From the human T2T-CHM13v2.0 reference genome, Homo sapiens, in NCBI RefSeq assembly GCF_009914755.1, contig NC_060935.1: a stretch of DNA of 64,000 nucleotides. One strand, 5' to 3'. Under the pieces are notes generated by a model. It had not been told where the DNA came from. It made no database searches and saw only the letters and a list, made by a program, of their open reading frames with translations. The position numbers and the translations under genes were made by a program. This document shows, in pieces, positions 55,240 through 64,000 of the stretch. Each line of letters starts with the position of its first letter. The stretch's first letter is position 1.

Positions 55240-57207
55240 AACAATATTTGATTGCTTGATTCTTACCTTTTAAAAATAATCTAGTTTCCAAATAATTATT
55301 ACCTAGCATCCTCCAAAGTTAACTTTTAAAAAAGGATAACTGAAAACTCATGAATTTAAACACATTTGAAGTGTCAACATCCATTAAGGTTATTTTTATG
55401 GAACCTCATATTGTCCTATCTTTGGCCAATGAGATCTTCTTTTAAGTTGGCCCCTGAGTCTTCTTGACATGACCCCAGTAACCTGTGATACTGTAGTTGC
55501 TCTTTGGTTTGATGAAATATTTCCAAGCCCTTTTATAATATGTTTCCTGTCTTTGCCCTGGAATCAGCCATTTCTCTAAGGATTCCTGGTTCTTTTCATT
55601 TGGAAATAGTGATTCAAAACCACAGCTTTGGCACTACGGGAGGGCATTGGATTGGTTATTATCTCCAGATCTTTTTGGTGGAAAATGTAGGGATAAAGAG
55701 AAATACAACATAAATTGATATTGATAAACATCATTTCAAATTTGAGACTACAGGGTTTCTATTTAACTGCATCTATCTTGCTTCTCTTTCTTCTTTGTAC
55801 GCCAGATTCTGGTTCCCAAGGACACAAACTTACTCATTTCTTTTAATCTATAATACATATTAGAACACCCGTGTTAGACTACCAACTCCACCATCAATGA
55901 TATAATGACAGAAAATTGTTTAGGGTTTTTTTTTCCCTTCAGTTCTTTTTGCTTTTGGGTGATATCCCATGAGGGATGTTTTAAGACCCTAAATCAGATT
56001 TTTGCTAATTAAAAGCTCTGGCTTTTGAAACACCAAAGCCAAGAATTAGACTCTTGTTCTCCTGTCTGGAGGAGCCCTACCTTAGAAAATGCAGTGGATG
56101 CTGGGGGAGGAGATAACAGTGAACATGTATGGAATCAGTGTGTGAATTCTAAGTGATGGAGGTTGTGGGCAAAATTACCTCTCAATTTTTCACTTAGAAA
56201 TCTCTGAACATCTAGTTTATCACTTGGTCAATACTAGACGTTTGATACATATGTAAATTAATTAGACTTACCCACTAATGGCTCTAGCCTGGACATATAA
56301 ACTGAGAGCAATTTCTGCAGATAGCGATGCCAGAGTAGATGTTTCTCTGGATCCTAGCTGCCTTGGGTTTCCAGGTAGAATATTTCCTGTTGGGAGCTGT
56401 GGTGCCTGGTGCTCAGAACTTGGTGAGGCCCTTAGGAAGCTCAAGTCACCACAAGGTAAAGTGCATCCCTCTTGAGTCACCTGCTTTTGACTTTTTATAT
56501 AACCCGATTCAAAGTTTTCACCTTTGTTAAGGGTAGGACTTAACAGTTTATTAATCAGTAATTATTTCATAGTAACTGTGTTAGCACAAACATAATAGTT
56601 ATACCAACATAAATGTATTACGTATATAAATATATGTTACTTATCATTTTCTCTTAAGTCACTAAGCATGAGTTGCATCATCTAAAGAGTTATTCAGGGC
56701 ATGGGTGAGTTCTGACTGGTTCCACAAGTGCAAGATCTGATTGGTCAAAAGTTTGCCAGAGACATCCCTACACAAGTCTTTTTATGTGGGTGTTTTAAAT
56801 TTTACAGAGTGCATAATAGCTTTTATTTGTTCTAAGCAAATATCTGACAAGGTCCCAATCCATTGATTTTGCAGATGAAATGTTTCAAAATGCAATTGCC
56901 TTTTCCTAAAAGCCAGCTTGAAACCCACACATGTTTATATTGCATGTTGTGTTCAAAGTGCACCTGAATGAGTGGAGTGGGTTCTGCCTGATCTTGTTGG
57001 GTAGGAAAGATGTTCCACGGTACTTGAACATGGGAGACCCTAGATGGCACTTCAGTTTTCCCTCCTGCAGGTAGCATCAGCACTAGGCACTGTAGTGGGG
57101 GAGAAATGGTCTGAGATGCACAGGGCCTGGGTACCAGTTTTGGCTGTCCTACTGAAGAGCCACATCCCCTTGGGAAAGTGTCTAATCATTTGTTTCTCAC
57201 TTCCTTA

Positions 57208-57950
57208 ACTTTTATTTTAGGTTTGGGGGTACATGTGAAGATTTGTTACAAAGTAGGACTCGTGTCATGGGGGTTTGTTGTACAGATTATTTCATCACCA
57301 AGGTATTAAGCCCTTCACCCAATAGTTATCTTTTCTGCTCCTCTCCCTCCTCCCACCCTCCACCCTCAAGGGTACCCCAGTGTCTGTTGTTCCCTTCTTT
57401 GTGTCCATGAGTTCTCATCCTTTAGTTCCCACTTATAAGCGAGAACATATGGTATTTGGTTTTCTGTTCCTTTGTTAGTTTGCTAAGGATAATAGCCTCC
57501 AGCTACTTCCATGTTCCTGCAAAAGACATGATCTCCTTCTTTTTTTATGGCTGCATAGTATTCTATGGTGTATATGTATACATTTTCTTTATCTAATTTG
57601 TCATTGATGGACATTCATGTTGATCCCATATCTTTACTACTGTGAGTAGTGCAGCAGTGAACATTTGCATGAATGTGTCTTTATGGTAGAATGATTTACA
57701 TTCCCTTGGGTATATACCCAGTAATGGGATTGCTGGGTCAAATGGTCATTCTGCTTTTAGCTCTTTGAGGAATTGCCATACTGCTTTCCACAATGGTTGA
57801 ATTAATTTACAGTCCTACTAACAGTGTATAAGCATTCCCTTTCCTCCACAACCCCACCAGCATCTGTTATTTTTTGACTTTTTAGTAATAGCCATCTGAT
57901 TGATGTGAGATGGTATCTCATTGTGGTTTGGATTTGCATTTCTCCAATCA
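57208..57950 (-). mobile_element. 5'-truncated L1PB/old L1PA 3' end with TSD, inserted in a MIR
   Basis: ttttattttaggtttgggggtacatgtg...gtgagatggtatctcattgtggttt; TSD tctcacttcctta at 57195-57207 and 57951-57963. Confidence 0.9.
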
Positions 57951-58224
57951 TCTCACTTCCTTACTTCTATCAGGGTTGCCTGTCCACTGCATCTTACCAG
58001 GTTGTGGTTAGGGTCACATGAGACCTTGTACAAGCATGAAAGCCTTGGTAAGCTATAGAGAGTCACATGCATGTTTTCTGGTACATGCTGCTTGTTGAGT
58101 GTCTTCATAGTAACCAGCTTTATGAACAGCAGAGGAAGAGAAGACATTTCCCTTGAGGAACAAGCAGAATCCACCATCCTGTAGAGGCCCAGAATAGCAC
58201 TGCCGTTTTCACTTTTTAGTATGG

Positions 58225-58612
58225 TGCATTTGCTTTTCCTCAGTTGTGCTGCGGTAACGAACAGCCCTGCAGCTCAGTGGCTCTTGAAAAAAGGTCTATT
58301 CCTTGTGTTCCATCACATTTCAGCGGTGGGTGAGCTGCAGCTCTGCTCCATGTGTCTTCCCTCTGGGATCCAGGTTGAAGAGGCTGTTGATACACACGTC
58401 ATGAAGCTTTCCTGGCAGAGAAAGGAGCAAAGATAGAACTACCTGTTGGCTCTTACAACTTCTGTTTGAGTGTGACATATGTTACTGCCACTCACATGCC
58501 ATTGACCAAACCAAGTCACAGAGGCACGCTTGATGTCACCTGGGTGGGAAGTACAATCTTCTCATGAAGAGGGACAGCAAATATGCAGGAACAATAGTAG
58601 AATCTCCCATGG
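58225..58612 (-). mobile_element. Old MLT1 (J/K-like) MaLR LTR
   Basis: tgtgctgcggtaacgaacagccc...ctcagtggct...actcacatgccattgaccaaaccaagtcaca. Confidence 0.65.
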
Positions 58613-60249
58613 CAAGGAAGGTCACTTAACATCGTGGTCCTCAGCCACCAGAACCAAATATCATACCAGTGAGATGCTTTTAAGCTTCACCTGGTAGATC
58701 ATCAAGCTGGTTGCTTTCGCCACAGCTCTCCCTGAAGTCATTAGAGAATTGAAGACTTGATTGCCACACTGGGTCCTTGCTCAGTTAGGATAAGGAAATA
58801 AACCAAAAAGACTCAGAGCCTTGGGGTTGGGCTCTGGAAGAAATGATTAAAAGTCCTAGTGGAGAGGAATGTGCACTGACTACTCTCAGAGCACAAAGAT
58901 GATTTTTAGGGAACAGAAACAGGTAAGCAATCAGATGGGGAAATAAAGGAAAGAAAAGTGAGTTAGAAATGGGATTCCTTGGAAAAAAGGCCACTGGTTT
59001 AAAGAGACAGTAGGTCAAGGACCACCCTAATTCACATGAGGACTAATTACAGAGGAAAGGAAGTTGCTTGGCCACCAGATTTGGGAGTGATGGTTCTGGC
59101 TGGTGTGGTCTTGCCAGCATCTTTGGTGGTGTTTAAGAGCAACACAGGCATGGTTTTGATGACATCAGATAACCTTCCATTTGAATGGATTTCTTTCATT
59201 TGGGAACAGCAACATGTTCGTGTAAAGATATGAATAGAGATAAAGGAAGAGGCACAGGCAGCAAATGAGGTGGGGCGAGTTGGCGGTGAGAGAGCATTTT
59301 ACAATTTATCCAGCTGTAAGCACCCACCATAATGCCTCCCCAAACCTCCAAAGTCTTACTTCCTCCTCGAGAGATCCCTCTGTCCTCAACAAGATGAACA
59401 GAACAATGTCCTCATACTCTTTTGGTTGAACAATTCTGTGACAGAGCAGGGGATTTGGGGCTGACGACATTTAGGGAGCAGACCCTGGCTGCCCCAACAA
59501 TACAGCCCTTGGCTGTGTTTTTCTTACTGAGTTGTTTGAATGTTCAGGTCAAGGGGCCAGAGCCTTTTGGTACATTCCCTGTGCTGCAAGTTGAAGCTCT
59601 GGCATGAGCTCATCATGGGGTTTTTTGGAATCATGGGCCAAGATGGAATGTCTCAGAGCAACGAGGGACCTTACAGGTCAGGAGCCCAGTGGATAAAGCT
59701 GCTGGCTCAGGTTTACATGAGAAATCTGTGTTGGAACTGTGACGGGACCAATGTCTCCTGGCTTCCAGGCCACAGAATCCTGTACATGCCATGCCAGCTC
59801 CCATTCACAAACTTGAAAAATTATTTCCCCAAATACAATTCAGATACTTTTGATAATAACAGACTTGGGATAGTGGCTCCCCCTGAAGGCCTTTTCCAGA
59901 CACCATCTCAAATGATGGCTCTCTTGACACAAACTCTTGGGCTTGACTGAGCTTCCTCCTTCATTGGTGAGAGCCCAGTGCTACAGGCTGTTCCTCTACA
60001 AGAGGATTAGGAGGGAGCTAAGTACCTGTCCATGGGGCCAGAGGTGTCAAGGAGGTAGTCACCTGAGGCCTGGGTGCAAGGCCAATGTCAAAGAGCTAGG
60101 GCAGAATCTTGGGAGAATAACAGCTCAGGAGACAAGGCAAGGTCTTACCTTAATTTCTTTTGCTGTCTTAGAGCCACCCTTGTAATCAAAGCAAATACTC
60201 CAAGGCTGGGAGACGCCATAGCTCTGTCCTTCTCACCCTTCTTTCCGGA

Positions 60250-60831
<582 letters not shown>

Positions 60832-61496
60832 TGATGCTATTTTTCACATACTGGATACTTAGTTACAAAAAAGTCATATGCATACTCTGCCCTTGTGGAG
60901 ATCTGATCTAGCAAATGAGCATTTTGCCTTCTCATTGGTCCTCCATGCTTTTTGGAAATTCAGGATGCTAATGCTGGGAGATCCTTTAGGGATCAAAGGT
61001 CAGCCCTCTCATTTTATGGCTGAAGTCATTGAGGCACAAGGAGGAAAAGGGATTCAACCAAGGTCTTGAACTCAAGCGTTAGATGCTGTATTTCTTTCAT
61101 TCATCTCTATTATTGTCATTAATTAATTTTGATATTCTTTCTAATATGTTTTTTAACTTTTAGGGAACTTATATTTGTCAGCTTTGCAAGTGGGGCTCAG
61201 TTTCGGGGAAGGGGTGAGAGAGAAGAAAGGAAGAAACTGATGAAGAGAATGAAAGAGGAAAAGACCTGCCTGACACCTGGATCTTAGAAACAAACCTTTC
61301 CTAACAACAGACCTCCAAGCATAAAGAGAGTATTTTCAAACAACTCAAAAAATCAGTCTAAATCAACGATATTCAAAAGGACAAAGAAAAAAATAATAGG
61401 GGATTATGTTCTTTTCTCATCTGTCTTATGTTCTGAAGTTATTCATTTGACACCTTCTGCTCTTGTACGATGGCAGGCCTGTATTCCCAAAGATGC

Positions 61497-61972
61497 CCAT
61501 TCCAGCCATCTATTGCTGTGTAACAAATGACGACAATGTATGATGGTTTAAAATCACAACTATTTTATTTCATCTCTCAATATTGTGGGTCAGAGTTCAG
61601 GCTTGGTGAAGTGATTCATCTGCTCCATATGGCTTGAACAGTGGTCTCAGAGTGGTATTCTGCTGGTGAGTTGGCTGGTTTCAAGGGTCTAAGTGAAGTT
61701 TAGAGGCTTCACTCACATGTCTGCACCTTGGCAGGGATGGCTTCAAAGATGGGGTCCACTGGGACTGGCGACTGGAGCCCACACCTGGCCTCTCCACTCA
61801 GACTTCTGACAGTAAGCAAGGCAGAATCACATGACTTTTTATGACCTAGCTTCAGAAGTCACAAAGCATCATTTTGGTCATACCCCATTGGTCAAAACAG
61901 TCACAAGCCTGCCTAGACTGAAGAGGCAGGGGATGGACGCTAGCTTTTAATGGAGGGAGTGTCAAAGAAGTC
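61497..61972 (-). mobile_element. MLT1G/H-like MaLR LTR
   Basis: atctattgctgtgtaacaaat...ggcttcactcacatgtctg...tatgacctagcttcagaagtcaca...gtgtcaaagaa. Confidence 0.7.
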
Positions 61973-62394
61973 ATACTTCCATGGCTCCGAAGTTGGGCTC
62001 CAATGTGGAATGTGTTTACCTTTTTCCTTCTGAATGGGCCCCATGAGCAGCCATAACTGTGAAGACAGATACAATGGCAGGGACCATGGCGCCTTCATTT
62101 CCTAAGGTCCATGGTAATTTTCTGCAAACCAATACTTCTCCTCAATAAACACATTATAGAATAACTCCTTCTAATTTGGGTCCAGTCTTGTTATAATTGT
62201 AATATGCATGACATTTTGATATGACCATTCTGACATTCACATCTCTTTTATGACTCTGAAATTGAAAGTGTTTGGCTTAAAAAAATTTTTTTACCAACAA
62301 ATGAACACTGAACTCTTTTCCCATTTCCTCAATCTTACACCATGGGAATGGAATAGATTCAGACATGTTCCTATCACTTTATTCAGGCAATAGT

Positions 62395-62575
62395 GTAGTT
62401 ATTTTTGATAATTGGCTTTGTGTTAGGCACTGTGCCAACTGATTTTTATACACTATCTTGTTTATGCCTCTTAATAACCCTGTGATATGACTATTATGCC
62501 CATTTCCCGGATGAAGAAACAGAGGTTTGGAGAATTTAAGTAACTTTCTCAAAGTTCATCTAGTTAGTAAATGAC
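62395..62575 (-). mobile_element. MIR SINE
   Basis: aggcactgtgcc...cccatttcccggatgaagaaacagagg. Confidence 0.7.
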
Positions 62576-62940
62576 TCACCCATTCATGCAACAAATACTT
62601 ATTAAGTGCTTACTATGTGCCAGGCACTGACCTAGGAGCTGAGATTACAGCTGCAAACAAAGCAGACAAAAGCGCCTGCCCTCATGAAGCTTACATTCGA
62701 GGAGGGAGCAACGGAGACAGATAATAAGAAACAAACAACATGCATACGTAACACATCAGGTGATAAATGCTATGGAGAAAAACAAATGAGGAAAGATGGG
62801 TGGAGGCAGTGGGGGTGCAGGCAGATTGCTACTTTAAATCCAGTGGTCAGTTGGCATAGCAGCAAAAGCGACATCTGAGCAAACACCTGAAGGAGATGAG
62901 GGAGGGGGCTAGAAGGAAATCTGAGAAGAAGGAACAGTGT
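62575..62940 (-). mobile_element. L2 3' end
   Basis: cattcatgcaacaaatacttattaagtgcttactatgtgccaggcactg...cctgccctcatgaagcttacattc. Confidence 0.8.
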
Positions 62941-63048
62941 TAGAGTTCAGGAAAATGATTTGACCCCCCAGTCTGTGCCATGGTAAACCCATGCTTATAA
63001 TCACTGGACTATAGTACAGTGCCATAGCCACTGGGTTGGGTCTGAGCT

Positions 63049-63233
63049 CAGTGCTGCTCATGTTTGACCACACATAGGATCGTGAAAAGGTCTTGTTAAC
63101 TTGAGATTCCTGGGCTCACCTTCAGAGATTCTGGTGCTCTAGGTCCCCTATAGGGTCTGAAAGTGTGCATTTCTAACAAGCGCTCCGAAAATGCTGACAC
63201 TGCTGGTTAAAGATCATTCTTTGAGAAGTGCTG
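63049..63233 (+). mobile_element. MER5A hAT-Charlie MITE
   Basis: cagtgctgctca...gattcctgggctcacc...tgcatttctaacaag...ctttgagaagtgctg. Confidence 0.8.
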
Positions 63234-64000
63234 TTAAAGAAACTCACTTAGTAAAGTAGGGCACGAAGAGCAAAGAAAGTCCTATGAGTTTCCAGGGATG
63301 CTTATGGATACTTCGGCTAACAGTAATTTCCATACCCACACAACTCCCCCCTAAAAAGGCCAAGTGTTCTCTATTCAACACACAGACACGTAAATGCACA
63401 CACACACTGGATCAAATCCTCAACAAATCCTCAATTATCATTTAACCTAATGTTAATTTAGAAGTTAGGACCCTGAGTCAGAAAATCTGGCCCAGCTTAT
63501 ACCAGCTGTGCATCCTAGGCAAGTCACTTAACCTCTCTATGCCAAATATAGAGGTCTTTGTTTATTATGAAATTTGGGAGAAGGAGGCATTTGTAATTTG
63601 CAGTTATTCAATGAAAAGAAGTGAACTGCCATGCCCTCCCGACCCCATCCCTCTCCAGCAAAGCATTAGCCCATCCTATGAAGTGGGGAAGAGGCCAAGG
63701 GGATGAGGGAGAGGAAAGGGAATTGCAGGAAGTACACACAGGATACAAACCATGCGTGTAATTTTGTGAGCAACGATGCAACCTGACAGTTTTCAGCCTC
63801 TTCCCTGGGGCCAGCACCCCATCATGAGATGCTTTTCCTTTGCCACATTTCCTTGTCTTCTGGGTCCAGAGGAAAACGGTTTTTCCATTCTCACTATGGT
63901 GATTCACTAGCTGTACCTTCCCACCACACCTCCCAAGCCTAGATTTATAGCTCAAAGGGAAGATGTGAAGGCCGGATTTGTTCATAAATGGCAGGTGGTG

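Noticed and set aside
54981-55309. ERKGK / FPFLS repeat ORFs
   Set aside because: Simple translation of the (AAAGG)n microsatellite
59540-59950. 136-aa + strand ORF
   Set aside because: No domain or family resemblance and no supporting gene structure

Overview
Primate genomic DNA, hominoid and probably human (young AluY and L1PA3/4-type copies are present). It reads as gene-poor intergenic or deep intronic sequence. I found no convincing protein-coding exon, tRNA/rRNA/snRNA gene, CpG-island promoter or CRISPR array. The window is dominated by interspersed repeats: about 21 Alu copies or fragments, a 2.8 kb 5'-truncated L1PA with a disrupted ORF2 (the only genuine protein homology in the ORF track), shorter L1PA/L1PB/L1M 3' fragments, many MIR and L2 relics, MaLR and ERV1 solo LTRs, and hAT/Tigger/mariner MITEs. 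Several are nested, with readable target-site duplications (TSDs). The signals that repeats do not explain are: a 66-nt near-perfect hairpin at 40043-40108; an exact 38-nt direct repeat at 27825 and 28640; an uninterrupted (AAAGG)35 tract in an AluJ tail; an apparent tail-only retro-insertion later hit by an AluY; and several repeat-free patches rich in homeobox/FOX/SOX/EBF motifs that look enhancer-like. Repeat subfamily names come from remembered consensus sequences, and boundaries of old elements are approximate. I cannot name the locus, and I do not see evidence for a new multi-gene system.
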